A DNA stretch of 63,984 nucleotides, counting the filler, from an uncultured Myxococcia bacterium (GTDB lineage Bacteria > CAZTWC01): NCBI GenBank assembly GCA_964617105.1. It is 3 parts of 3 records of this genome, joined end to end, with 100 filler letters (N's around TTAATTAATTAA, not from the genome) between each part and the next. Parts side by side here need not be neighbours in the genome. Positions count along the whole stretch, not along the records: positions 23,754 to 47,357 come from CAZTWC010000025.1; 2 more parts are not named here. One strand, 5' to 3'. The position numbers and the translations under genes are program-made. This document shows, piece by piece, positions 31,917-42,260 of the stretch. Numbering within the stretch: position 1 is the stretch's first letter; each line of letters begins with the position of its first letter. Below the pieces are notes generated by a model. It worked only from the letters and a program-made list of their open reading frames with translations, had not been told where the DNA came from and searched no databases.

Positions 31917-34298
31917 TTAAATCTCCATATTAACTAGAGCGTGTTGGATGGCTACCTCTACTTTACTTACCGGAAATATCTCAATTTTTTTCCGGAGCCG
32001 TAGCGGAATATCGATCAAATCCTTGCTGTTGGCATGGGGAATAATCACTTTATTCAATTTGGCCCTTACAGCGGCTAATATTTTTTCCTTTAGCCCGCCG
32101 ATGGGCAAAATCCTTCCCCGCAGGGTGATCTCACCGGTCATGGCAACATCTTTTCTAACCGGAATGCGGGTGACCAAAGATATCAAGGCCACCACCATGC
32201 TAACGCCAGCCGATGGACCATCTTTGGGAGTGGCTCCGGCAGGAATGTGGATGTGGATATCGTATTTGCTAAAAAAATCGGCATCCATCTCATTATTACT
32301 CTCTAACCTGGTACGGGTAAAACTCATGGCCGCCTGAGCCGACTCTCGCATCACATCTCCCACCTGGCCAGTGATAAGCAACTGTCCCTTACCCTTCATA
32401 GCGGTAGCCTCAACCTGCAAAATCTCGCCGCCACTCTGGGTCCAGGCCAATCCATTGGCAGTGCCCACCATATCTTCCTGCATCTCCTCCTCAGGCAAAT
32501 AGCGGGGCGGGCCCAGGTACCGAATCAGGCTCTGGGTGGTAACATTGGATATCTTTTTCTTTCCCTGAGCCACTTTTCGGGCCACCTTGCGGCAGATAGC
32601 GGCAATTTTTCGTTCCAATTCCCGCAATCCGGCCTCTCTGGTATAAAGAGCCACAATTTTGGCGATAGCTGAATCGGAAAACCGGATCATCTCTTCATTA
32701 AGACCATTTTCCGGCCGCTGCTTGGGAATCAAATACTGGTGGGCAATCTTGACCTTCTCCTCTTCCGTGTAACCTGACAGTTGAATAACCTCCATCCGGT
32801 CCCGCAAGGCAGCCGGGATCAAATCAGTGAGGTTAGCGGTAGCAATAAACATCACCTTAGTCAAGTCAAAAGGTAAATTCAGGTAGTTGTCCCTAAAACT
32901 AAAATTCTGCTCCGGATCCAACACTTCCAACAAGGCAGAAGATGGATCTCCACGAAAATCAGCGCCCAACTTGTCCACTTCATCTAACATAAACACCGGA
33001 TTGTTGGAGACAGCCATTTTGATCCCCTGGATTATCCGGCCCGGCATGGCCCCCACATAGGTTCGCCGGTGTCCCCTTATTTCCGCTTCATCTCTGATCC
33101 CACCCAGAGATATGCGGATGAACTTGCGCTCCATCGCTCTGGCGATAGAACGGCCCAGCGAAGTTTTACCAACTCCCGGTGGTCCGGCAAAACAGATAAT
33201 CGGCCCCCTTTTGTCTGCTTTTAATTTTCGTACACTAAGATATTCCAAAATTCTCTCTTTAACTATGTTCAGATCATAATGGTCTTGATCAAGAACCCGT
33301 TGGGCCCGGTCCAAATCTATAGTATCGTCAGTGGAAATCGACCATGGGAGTTCGCTCAGCCACTCCAGATAAGTCCTGATGGTAGAGGCTTCGGCTGATT
33401 CAAGTTGCATGTAACCAAGTCTTTTCAACAATTTGTCAGCCTCTTCCTCAGCATAATCTGGCAAACAGGCCTGGTCTAATTTATCCCTTAACTCTTGCAA
33501 TTCATCCGCTTTTTCATCGGGAAACTTTGCCCGGTTATCCTTACCGCCAGACAGTTGGTGAATTCGGCAAATCTCTCCTGCATGCTGCTTTATATCATTT
33601 TTAACATTACCGCTAATTTTGGCCTGTAACTCCTGCACCTGCAACTCATTGAACAACTCCTCATTTACATGGCGTAGACGTTTTACGGGATCTAGTATCT
33701 CCAGTACCTCCTGGGTATCTTCCAGGGGCAGTCCTATATTGCTAGCCACCAAATCCGCCAGCCGGCCTGGATCCTCAATGCTTTCGGTAATAGCCAACAC
33801 TTCACTGGAAACCGTCTTGGCCCGGTGGGCCATTTTCAGTAAATTATCTTTGACCTCCTGTAAAAGAGATAATGTTTCTGAAGAAATCTGGCTCAAGGGT
33901 AACTCTCTAAGCGGGTTCACCTTTACCCGGTAATGTGGAAACTCCTGGATAAATTCTTCCACCTGAGCCCGCACCAATCCCCGGAGCAGTAACTTGAATC
34001 CGCCGGAAGAAACCTTATTGATCCTAATAATAGAACCTATTGCGCCGGTAAGGTATAAGTCTCTGGGTTTTGGTCTTTCCACCCGCATCAATTTCTGGGT
34101 GGTCAGCAGCAGGAGATTATTACCGCTCAAAGCCTCATCCACAGCCATCATAGAGATGGTTCGATTGATATAGAGAGGAACAATCATATAGGGAAAAACC
34201 ACCAACTCCCGGATGGGGATCAGCGGCAATACTCCGGAAAATTTATACTCTTCTCCATTTTCATCCCTGATGATATAATCTTCTTCTGTGCTTGCCAT
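31917..34298 (-). CDS. lon: Lon protease
   Basis: GPPGVGKTS, RGHRRTYVGAMPG, PKDGPSAG, GGLKEK. Confidence 0.96.
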   Translation of the reverse strand: MASTEEDYIIRDENGEEYKFSGVLPLIPIRELVVFPYMIVPLYINRTISMMAVDEALSGNNLLLLTTQKLMRVERPKPRDLYLTGAIGSIIRINKVSSGGFKLLLRGLVRAQVEEFIQEFPHYRVKVNPLRELPLSQISSETLSLLQEVKDNLLKMAHRAKTVSSEVLAITESIEDPGRLADLVASNIGLPLEDTQEVLEILDPVKRLRHVNEELFNELQVQELQAKISGNVKNDIKQHAGEICRIHQLSGGKDNRAKFPDEKADELQELRDKLDQACLPDYAEEEADKLLKRLGYMQLESAEASTIRTYLEWLSELPWSISTDDTIDLDRAQRVLDQDHYDLNIVKERILEYLSVRKLKADKRGPIICFAGPPGVGKTSLGRSIARAMERKFIRISLGGIRDEAEIRGHRRTYVGAMPGRIIQGIKMAVSNNPVFMLDEVDKLGADFRGDPSSALLEVLDPEQNFSFRDNYLNLPFDLTKVMFIATANLTDLIPAALRDRMEVIQLSGYTEEEKVKIAHQYLIPKQRPENGLNEEMIRFSDSAIAKIVALYTREAGLRELERKIAAICRKVARKVAQGKKKISNVTTQSLIRYLGPPRYLPEEEMQEDMVGTANGLAWTQSGGEILQVEATAMKGKGQLLITGQVGDVMRESAQAAMSFTRTRLESNNEMDADFFSKYDIHIHIPAGATPKDGPSAGVSMVVALISLVTRIPVRKDVAMTGEITLRGRILPIGGLKEKILAAVRAKLNKVIIPHANSKDLIDIPLRLRKKIEIFPVSKVEVAIQHALVNMEI

Positions 34299-34347
34299 AA
34301 TCTTTTGTTCCTAACATTTTGGCTCCAAGAAAAATTCTCGGCTTACC

Positions 34348-36327
34348 CTATTTTTTTTCTAAATCCGATCCTTTTTCTGCCTCTTTTTCTACTATCTCCT
34401 CGATTCCATGTCGAGAAATAGTCAACAGATATAACTCCCGGTTAAAGTTACCCTGACTGTCCACTGATAACAGGCCAGTTACTCCGGGAAAATTCTCAAC
34501 TTTGGACAACTTCTGGCGCAACTCCTCCCGATCAATATCTTTTCTATTCAGCAACTTTCTGGACAAATTCATAGTATCAAAAGCCAGGGCCTCCAGTAAA
34601 CCCGGTTCCAGGTGATATTCTTCCTGAAAACGGCTTACAAACTCCTTAACTTCCTTCCTTGGGCTGTTTTTGAAAAAAGCATCACAAAAAACCGCACCCC
34701 GCACATATTTTTCACCCCGTTCCAGTATTTTTTCAAAATTCCAAAGGCTTACTCCCAGCAAACACACACCCTGCACCTCTTTGTCATCGTAACGCCGTTT
34801 AACCATTCTATTCTCTTTAAGACAGTTAGACACCTCTACCCCCCTGGCTACCAAAGAGGGCGCTATGGATGCTACCTGGCGATAGGAATCGGGGATAAAA
34901 ACGGCTTCAAAATCTATTTGAGGTTCTATCTGTTTCGCCGCTTGCTCCCGGCATTTTCGACGCCGATACCCGCCTTCAATCTTCTTGCACTCAGCCACTT
35001 TATCAAGGTAATTTCTGCGCACCTCTTTAAAATATTTACCCACCAACTTTTGGCTGGAGGTGTAAAAAGTGGTTTCCCCATCTGCGTAACCTTCCACAGC
35101 GGTGATCTCTCCCCCTTTTTGAACAACCTGACTCCAAAAGGCGTTCATAACCTCCACCCCATAAGGATGATTAGGGAACATGATAGCCATTTTTTTCATC
35201 TTCAATGGGCCCATAGCATACCTGGCCATAAATCTTCCCTGTTCTTTATTAGTCAAATTGTTACGAAAAATATAAGTTCCCATTTGAGCCACATCTTCGC
35301 CCCGGCTAAAAGATATCAAAGGAGTTTTCAACTCCTGGGCCAAAAGCGCCGCTCGCCGGGAATTGGGATACAACAAAGGACCAATTATCATTTGCACCCC
35401 CTTCTCCTTTACCAATGAACGCACCAATTTGACAGTCAACTGCTCATCGCCCTGATTGTCCTCTATCAACAACCTAACCGAATCTCCGCCATCCTTTTCT
35501 TTTTTCTTGCTATCTTTAGCCTTCTGGCTGTGGCTCTTCAAAGCCAGTTGGATACCCCGCAACACTTTCTTGCCATAAGGTTTGAACCGACCGCTAAGAG
35601 GGAGAATTACCCCTACCAGCCCGGTTGAAATTTTGGCTGATTTTCCATATTGATCCAGCAACTCGGTTGCTAACCCGGTGAAGGGATGGCCGGAAAACTT
35701 CTCTTTAAAAGAGTCCAACTGTTCTGTGCATTTAGCCTGATCACCGATATGGCACTGATATTTGGCTAATTTTAAATGAATTATTCCCATGGGAAATGCG
35801 GTTTCTTGCTGGTGGTCTTCGTAATAGCGATGCAAAACCACAATAGGTATCTGTGAATGGATAATATCTATCAGCCGGTTTAATACCTGCTTACGCCGTT
35901 GCTTTTCCTCTGGCAAAAGTCGCACCATGTCTCCAGCCAGATTGATAATATGATAGTAATGTCCGCTTTCCAGAGAAGAGGAGATGGTTATCTCCAACAA
36001 CTCCTGGTTGTTAACCACCACTTCCCGGGGAATTTGGCTGACATGAACCAGGGCTTTTTCATAGTCTTTATCCTGAAAGTAGAGTCTGGTCAATAATCTG
36101 CGGCTCTCAACAATCCCCTGAAAATTGGGATGGTTAATAATAGTTTCCAGTAAAACAGTTTCCGCTTCTTTATACTGACCCCGTTGAAAAAACCTCTTTC
36201 CTTTTTCCAGGCTATCCCAGGCCACATCAGTTCCATTGGCTATATCTTCCGCTCCCGGTACTGATAGCGGAATTAACAGGCACCCCAACATTACCAGCAG
36301 AAATAAAAATCTTTTGTATATTTCCAT
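34348..36327 (-). CDS. LpoA-like penicillin-binding protein activator (TPR + periplasmic-binding fold)
   Basis: Signal peptide, TPR-like N-terminus, GVILPLSG, IIGPL, FEAVFIPD, FPGVTG. Confidence 0.75.
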   Translation of the reverse strand: MEIYKRFLFLLVMLGCLLIPLSVPGAEDIANGTDVAWDSLEKGKRFFQRGQYKEAETVLLETIINHPNFQGIVESRRLLTRLYFQDKDYEKALVHVSQIPREVVVNNQELLEITISSSLESGHYYHIINLAGDMVRLLPEEKQRRKQVLNRLIDIIHSQIPIVVLHRYYEDHQQETAFPMGIIHLKLAKYQCHIGDQAKCTEQLDSFKEKFSGHPFTGLATELLDQYGKSAKISTGLVGVILPLSGRFKPYGKKVLRGIQLALKSHSQKAKDSKKKEKDGGDSVRLLIEDNQGDEQLTVKLVRSLVKEKGVQMIIGPLLYPNSRRAALLAQELKTPLISFSRGEDVAQMGTYIFRNNLTNKEQGRFMARYAMGPLKMKKMAIMFPNHPYGVEVMNAFWSQVVQKGGEITAVEGYADGETTFYTSSQKLVGKYFKEVRRNYLDKVAECKKIEGGYRRRKCREQAAKQIEPQIDFEAVFIPDSYRQVASIAPSLVARGVEVSNCLKENRMVKRRYDDKEVQGVCLLGVSLWNFEKILERGEKYVRGAVFCDAFFKNSPRKEVKEFVSRFQEEYHLEPGLLEALAFDTMNLSRKLLNRKDIDREELRQKLSKVENFPGVTGLLSVDSQGNFNRELYLLTISRHGIEEIVEKEAEKGSDLEKK

Positions 36328-36558
36328 AAGAATAGATCCTTAGAACTCTAAATTACTAATTTATATATTATTTTATCCTCAACTACAAGTTTTATATGTT
36401 GATGTTTTTGGTCAAATAGGGTATAACCTATCACCTGCAACAATCATGGGAGTCGAGCTTGGATAGCGGCGTCCAGAAATCCCCTTCTGCTGCCCCTAAA
36501 GGGACGTTATAAGCACCAAAAGAGCTACACCGTATCGGTTATGAGAATATCAATATAG

Positions 36559-37170
36559 ATGAACTTACCCAATAAAATAACCATGTCGAGACTAATCTTG
36601 ACGCCTGCATTTTACTTCTCTTTCTATACCAGTAAACAGGGAGCCTTTCTCCCTCTGGTTATCTCCACCTTAATCTTTGCCTGCCTGGAGTTAACCGACT
36701 TGCTGGATGGTTACCTGGCCAGACGGAACAAACAGATCACCGATTTTGGTAAACTGATGGACCCTTTTGCCGACTCTATTTCCCGTTTTACGGTTTTCTT
36801 TACCATTTACGCCTCAGGGCTAATGATACCCGTGGATTGGGGCTATTTTGCCGAAAAGGCTGCCGGCATTTTTATCCTGATCTTTTTTTACCGGGATGCC
36901 GGGAATTTTATGGTTCGAATTATTGGCATAAGCCATAAGAATGTAATTTCCGCCCGCTTTTCAGGAAAGCTAAAAGCCATACTGCAGGCTATTGCCATTG
37001 GGACCTGTTTGTTTCTGTTATACCTTTTCCAATTTGGAATTATAAGCGACCTGGAAATGATGAAAAAAACCGTGTTCTGTATAGTAGGTACCGCATCTAT
37101 TACTACTGGCATTTCCGGCATAGATTACTGGTGGGCTAACCGCGGTCTGATCAACAAATTAAAAATGTAA
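36559..37170 (+). CDS. pgsA: CDP-alcohol phosphatidyltransferase (PgsA-like)
   Basis: MNLPNKIT, TDLLDGYLARR..ITDFGKLMDPFAD. Confidence 0.85.
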   Translation: MNLPNKITMSRLILTPAFYFSFYTSKQGAFLPLVISTLIFACLELTDLLDGYLARRNKQITDFGKLMDPFADSISRFTVFFTIYASGLMIPVDWGYFAEKAAGIFILIFFYRDAGNFMVRIIGISHKNVISARFSGKLKAILQAIAIGTCLFLLYLFQFGIISDLEMMKKTVFCIVGTASITTGISGIDYWWANRGLINKLKM

Positions 37171-37187
37171 CTGAAGGAAATTTTGTA

Positions 37188-37391
37188 ATGAGAACTGAAC
37201 AGATAGGTAATTTGGCGGGAATAATTTGGCGCTACCTGGAGAGCAACGGAGCCGCCAAAGCCAACAAAATAAAAAAAGAGATAGCTATTACCGACAAACA
37301 AATGTTCGACATGGCCATAGGTTGGCTAGCCCGAGAAAATAAAATAAAATTCGAAGACCAAACCAAAAACCCCGTAATCACCATCAGTTAA
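37188..37391 (+). CDS. DUF2582-like winged-helix protein
   Basis: IGNLAGIIWRYL...MAIGWLARENKI. Confidence 0.8.
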   Translation: MRTEQIGNLAGIIWRYLESNGAAKANKIKKEIAITDKQMFDMAIGWLARENKIKFEDQTKNPVITIS

Positions 37392-37593
37392 TGCCTATTG
37401 ATTTGTTCGGAATCCAAGGTAAATAATACATCATCCCCGTGGGAAAGGTCATCCCCTATTAGTTAAATAAGCCGCCCGACGATTAACCTGGTTAATTCGT
37501 CACGAGGTAACAATTTTGCCTCCGGCAACATCCCTAAAGGGATCACTTTCAGCGTCAGTTAGCCGAGATGCATCCGTATTTTCAAATGACATA

Positions 37594-37718
37594 CTAGAAT
37601 GTGGAGGCGCTTCACCAGCTAGGCGCTGGCTCAAAAATTACCGCAGTCGTATGAATAATACGTCGAGGACAATTTTTGAGCCAGCAACAACGCTGGTGGA
37701 GATGCATCCGCATTCTAG
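37594..37718. mobile_element. MITE-like palindromic element (125 bp) bounded by CTAG
   Basis: Ends ctagaatgtgga.../...tccgcattctag; perfect inner 15-bp IR gctggctcaaaaatt (37625-37639)/aatttttgagccagc (37671-37685). Confidence 0.8.
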
Positions 37719-38012
37719 TTAGTTTACGTGGTGGGGGTTGCTTAACACTACATCAATAGCATCCTTAATAATAGATACTACTTTGTCCTTGTTGACATCT
37801 ACTTCAAAATCGAGATAGTCGTTGGCATGACTGTCTGAAACAATATATTTTGCTGGAATTTTGTTCAGGGTGATTGCCGCTACATCCATTCGGCAGTCAC
37901 GGCAGGTGCAGGCGACACCATGTTCAAGCATCACCTCTTCGATGATTTCTAAAACTAGTTCTTTATTTTGGTTAAAAAGTTGCTCACAATCAAACTGGTC
38001 AAATAGTTGCAT
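37719..38012 (-). CDS. ComFB family protein
   Basis: CTCRDCRMDVAAITLNKIPAKY...V..NPHH. Confidence 0.88.
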   Translation of the reverse strand: MQLFDQFDCEQLFNQNKELVLEIIEEVMLEHGVACTCRDCRMDVAAITLNKIPAKYIVSDSHANDYLDFEVDVNKDKVVSIIKDAIDVVLSNPHHVN

Positions 38013-38091
38013 TTTTTTCCTCCCCCTAAATTTTTTTCAGATATCTTGTAAAAATATCACGACATATAGGGGGTGTCAAAAAAAAGACCAA

Positions 38092-41000
38092 CTATCCTTC
38101 AGAGGGTACGGCATCTACCCCCAATTCTCCTCCGATTTCCGGTGTTTGCTCTTCGCCCTGGCTTTCGGTTTGTGCTTCTGGAGAATTTTTGGGAGTTGCT
38201 TCTACGGCCTCTGGTTTCTTTTCTTCGGTGGCAGCCCCGGTGAGTTTCTGCAAAGCCGCTTTGGCATTCATAGCCGCCTCTCGGGCAGACTCTACCAGTT
38301 CCTTGGCCCGTTCCGCCATATTTTTTGCTTCATCAGCACCGCTTTCAGATGCCATTTTTTTAACTTCACTGGTGTATTTTTCTACTTGGTCAGCATTTTC
38401 TCGGGCCATCTTGGCGGAGTTAGTCACCATCTCCTGGTTGCTACCCGAGGAAGCCAACTTATTAAACGAGATAGCAGTGTCAGCGTATTTCTTGGCCATG
38501 GCTAATTTCTCTTCCATGGCTTCAAGCAATTTGTCCGCCCGCACTGTGTTCAGTCTCTCTTTACTCTTGTCGCCAATGACCTGGGCCTTGCTGGCCACTT
38601 TCTCCAATTTATCGGGGGGGAGTCTTCCGGCCAGGCTGGTTATTTTGGCCAATGCTTCCTCAACATTTTTACTGTGTTCCTCAGCCTGATCAAGAGTTTT
38701 GACCCGGCTGATGAGTTTACTCTCTTTCTTAGCCTCTCTGATCAATTTTCTAATCTCTTTGGAGGCATTTTTAACTTTTAATTTTTCTAGAGCCTGCTGT
38801 GATTCTGCCAGCAATTTTTTGCCATCATCCTGGTATTGTGCACCTTTCTCAGAGGTCAAAGACTGGACAATTTTTTTCAATTCTTCAACTTTTTGCTCCA
38901 TCTCCTCTACCTTTTTTTCCGATTCTTGAGAGGATCTTAACCTGGCTTGTCTACGCAATATTTTTTTCATCTTCCTTAAAATCTTTTTCGCCTCTTTTTC
39001 GGTCTTGGCAGATTTGTAATTTTCCAGGTTGCTTTTACTCCTGTCCACCACCTTCTGGATTTTTTCGCTGTATTCCTGAACCTGCTCCGGCGATACCCCG
39101 GCTAACAGTTCAGTAACCTGGGCGGCAATACTTTCCACCTCTTTGGCCAATTTCTCAGCATCTTCGGTTTTCTTGGCTCTGGAAACAGCTCTGCTTTTTT
39201 TGCCCGCCTGTTTCAAACTCTTTTTGATCTCTCTCTCTGCATTGGCTAATTTTATTACCGTCATCCGTTTTTTCATGGATTCCAACGATTCCTTGCTATT
39301 GGCTAAAGCGGTCTTAGCCTTCTCTCCCCTCACATCTTTTACCACTCCTTCAACTATTTTCAATTGCTCTTCAGCTCCGGCCAATATTTTCTCGGCCTTG
39401 GCCAAAATTTTGGTCCGATTTATGGCTTTGGCTAATTTTTTTATTATTTTAGACGCCTTGAGGGCCTTTTTGGTCTCCACAGCCCGTTGTTTCTCCGCCC
39501 GTTTGCTATCTTTTACCGCTAAATCAGCCGCTGATATAAAATTTACAGCCTCTTTGGCAGCAGCCATCGATTTTTCGGTAGGAGCCATCTCTGCCATCTG
39601 CCCCACTTCGGAAGCCAACTTTTTTACATCTTTAGCAGCAGTCACTGCATCCTGGTAAGAATCTGCATCCTGAGCCGCCTTGAGGGCAATCTTGGCTTCT
39701 TCAAATTTACTCAAAGTCTGTTTGGTCTGCAAGTCCATGCGGCCTTCGTTAAGGGCCTTCTCCGCTACTTCGGCGGCCTTGTACGAGGCATCTGAACCAG
39801 CCTTGTTGGTGGCGTCAATACATATATCCACATATTTTTTCAACTCTACCAGAGCCCTCTCGGTATCTCCCACGGTTTTGGCAGCCAGTACAATAGCCAG
39901 CACCTCTTTAGCCTTTTTACTCTGTTCAACAGCAATGGATTCCTGGGCTTTAGCCTCTTTTTCCATCTTCTGCTGACGAACTTCATCTTGTTTTTGAGCC
40001 GATATATCCACCAAAGCCTGTTTGGCCATATCCTTTTTCGATGCCATTCGAAGTTGCAAATAATTAGTATATAACTTGATCGCATCTTCCCGCTTATTAA
40101 GTAGAAAGCGCGTTACCTGAGCCAACGAATAGAGGGCTTCGGCATAAATTTTATCTTTGGAGTCAGACTTTAGATTCATCACTATATTAAATTGACGGGC
40201 GGCTTCTTTTCCTCTGGCTTCACCCTGAAGAGCAAATCCGTATGACAACCTGGCCAGGGCATCACCAGGCCTGCGTTTTATAGCAATGGAAAAATACTTT
40301 GATGCAGATTTATAATCCCGGTATTTGATAGAAATGGCACCAATATTAAAATTGGCCCGATAGTGATTAGAATTTATCTCAATCGCTTTGTGAAAATGTT
40401 TCCAGGCCAATTCCCGCTTGCCTCTTTTCATGTAAATCATACCAAGGTTATTTTCGATATCCGCTTCAATACCTTTGGTGATTTTCTTTAATTTTTTGGC
40501 ATTTTCCAGAATCGTCTGAGCCAGATTTAATTTATCCTGAATAAAATAAATATTGAACATTACCATATAGGCTTCCACGTTTTGCGGATGCCGGGAGAGA
40601 AGTTTTTGCACTGTGTTAATGGCTGCATCAAACCTTTTCTCTTTTAGGTAAAGGCTGGCCAGATTGTTCAATATCTTTACGTTATAAGCATCTTTTTTTA
40701 GATATTTTTGATAGAGCGATTTCCCCTGAACAAAATTTCCCTTGCTGGCCATGGTGTTGCCAAGATTCAATACGATACTCAGGTTATTTGGATCGTATTT
40801 CAGGGCTTGTTTGTATGCTCCAATAGCCGCCTGGTAATTTCCTAACTGCTCATGGCAATAACCCAGATTGAAATAGGCAGATGATGCATTTCTTTTTAGG
40901 GAGATGATGGTTTTAAAGGCATTCACCGCTTTGTTCCATTCATATTTTTTAACATGCCCCATACCCTGGGCGAAAAGCAGGGCCGGTTTCTCATTTTTCT

Positions 41001-41106
41001 CTTGTTTAGAGGTTAATTTCTTGGTGGAATCAACTTTCTTGGCACACGATAACAAGACTAATTGGGCAAGAAACAACAAACATACCAACAGGGTTAATTT
41101 TTTCAT
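38092..41106 (-). CDS. TPR lipoprotein with long C-terminal helical repeat region
   Basis: LLSC lipobox; multiple TPRs (AYFNLG, NNLA, NNLG); Ala/Lys/Glu-rich 79-aa repeats. Confidence 0.85.
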   Translation of the reverse strand: MKKLTLLVCLLFLAQLVLLSCAKKVDSTKKLTSKQEKNEKPALLFAQGMGHVKKYEWNKAVNAFKTIISLKRNASSAYFNLGYCHEQLGNYQAAIGAYKQALKYDPNNLSIVLNLGNTMASKGNFVQGKSLYQKYLKKDAYNVKILNNLASLYLKEKRFDAAINTVQKLLSRHPQNVEAYMVMFNIYFIQDKLNLAQTILENAKKLKKITKGIEADIENNLGMIYMKRGKRELAWKHFHKAIEINSNHYRANFNIGAISIKYRDYKSASKYFSIAIKRRPGDALARLSYGFALQGEARGKEAARQFNIVMNLKSDSKDKIYAEALYSLAQVTRFLLNKREDAIKLYTNYLQLRMASKKDMAKQALVDISAQKQDEVRQQKMEKEAKAQESIAVEQSKKAKEVLAIVLAAKTVGDTERALVELKKYVDICIDATNKAGSDASYKAAEVAEKALNEGRMDLQTKQTLSKFEEAKIALKAAQDADSYQDAVTAAKDVKKLASEVGQMAEMAPTEKSMAAAKEAVNFISAADLAVKDSKRAEKQRAVETKKALKASKIIKKLAKAINRTKILAKAEKILAGAEEQLKIVEGVVKDVRGEKAKTALANSKESLESMKKRMTVIKLANAEREIKKSLKQAGKKSRAVSRAKKTEDAEKLAKEVESIAAQVTELLAGVSPEQVQEYSEKIQKVVDRSKSNLENYKSAKTEKEAKKILRKMKKILRRQARLRSSQESEKKVEEMEQKVEELKKIVQSLTSEKGAQYQDDGKKLLAESQQALEKLKVKNASKEIRKLIREAKKESKLISRVKTLDQAEEHSKNVEEALAKITSLAGRLPPDKLEKVASKAQVIGDKSKERLNTVRADKLLEAMEEKLAMAKKYADTAISFNKLASSGSNQEMVTNSAKMARENADQVEKYTSEVKKMASESGADEAKNMAERAKELVESAREAAMNAKAALQKLTGAATEEKKPEAVEATPKNSPEAQTESQGEEQTPEIGGELGVDAVPSEG

Positions 41107-41248
41107 ACGGTCTCCATAAAAGAGGTATAAAACGGTTCAGGTTTTCACACTTATTTTAGGTAGTAAATTTATCGACATATAATATAAGGAAATGGTTATA
41201 TTTTTCAAGCAAAAAAATAAAACTCTTTAGTTGTCGTCCGACAACCAT

Positions 41249-41602
41249 TTAACCCGGAGGCCAGTTCATCGCCCTTCCACCCAGCAGGTGAAGGTGAATA
41301 TGAAAAACAGTTTGCCCGGCTCCGGCATTGCAGTTGAATACTGTTCTATATCCCGGTTCGGCGATATTGTATTTTTTGGCCATATCCGCTGCGGTCTTGA
41401 TCATTTTTCCCACCAGGGCCAAATCTTCTTCTTCAATATCATTCAAAGTGGATATATGTTTTTTGGGTATCACTAAAATATGTACCGGTGCCTGGGGATT
41501 GATATCTGAAAATACCAGTACATCCTGGTCCTGGTAAATTATTTCCGCTGGAATTTCTCCGTGTACAATTTTGCAAAAAAGGCATTTTTCATTATCACTC
41601 AT
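41249..41602 (-). CDS. hinT: HIT family nucleotide-binding protein
   Basis: CLFCKI, DINPQAPVH, GQTVFHIHLHLLGGR, WPPG. Confidence 0.92.
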   Translation of the reverse strand: MSDNEKCLFCKIVHGEIPAEIIYQDQDVLVFSDINPQAPVHILVIPKKHISTLNDIEEEDLALVGKMIKTAADMAKKYNIAEPGYRTVFNCNAGAGQTVFHIHLHLLGGRAMNWPPG

Positions 41603-41625
41603 TTTTATTTGCTCCCATATATATG

Positions 41626-42069
41626 TTATGACTTTGGTTCGATAGCAAAAGTTACTGGCCCCCAGTTCAGCAGTTCCACTTCCATCATGGCCCCAAAAAC
41701 ACCCTGCTGACAATCCAGGCCCATCTCTCTAATTCTGCCGATAAACCGCTCATACATTTTTTCAGCAGCCCCGGGTTCCATGGCTGCATCAAAGGAGGGA
41801 CGGTTACCTTTACGGCAATCTGAGGCTAATGTAAACTGGCTGACCACCAAAAGAGAGCCGCCAATATCTTTAACCGACAGGTTCATCTTGTTGTTCTCAT
41901 CTTCAAAAATCCGTAGATTAGCAACTTTTCTGGCCGCCCACTCAAGTTCTTTTTGGACATCTCCCTTTTCCGCCCCAAATAGAACCAGCATACCCCGGCC
42001 TATTTTTCCTACAACGTTTCCGTCCACCTTCACTCTGGCCCATTTAACCCGCTGAATAACCAGTTTCAT
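41626..42069 (-). CDS. dtd: D-aminoacyl-tRNA deacylase
   Basis: VIQRV, LRIFED, VSQFTL, FGAMM, NWGPVT. Confidence 0.95.
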   Translation of the reverse strand: MKLVIQRVKWARVKVDGNVVGKIGRGMLVLFGAEKGDVQKELEWAARKVANLRIFEDENNKMNLSVKDIGGSLLVVSQFTLASDCRKGNRPSFDAAMEPGAAEKMYERFIGRIREMGLDCQQGVFGAMMEVELLNWGPVTFAIEPKS

Positions 42070-42260
42070 TGACAACTACCGATGAAATAAAAAATATTAA
42101 CAGATTGTCTTCATTTTATAAAGTGCTTATTTTTAAACGCTTAAAGGCTTTCAAGTTTACTTGACAAAAGATATTCTGGGAATTAAATTGCTATTTTAGT
42201 CTTATTTTGCATAACAATTTTTATTAACAAAAATATTTCATAAAATTGAGGGTTTTTATT

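Noticed and set aside
34612-35418. Long antisense ORFs here and over acd, maeB, flgE and the Cys-rich gene
   Set aside because: Shadow frames of well-supported genes with no recognisable motifs
37516-37722. 68-aa plus-strand ORF
   Set aside because: Made up of MITE and mini-hairpin sequence; probably spurious
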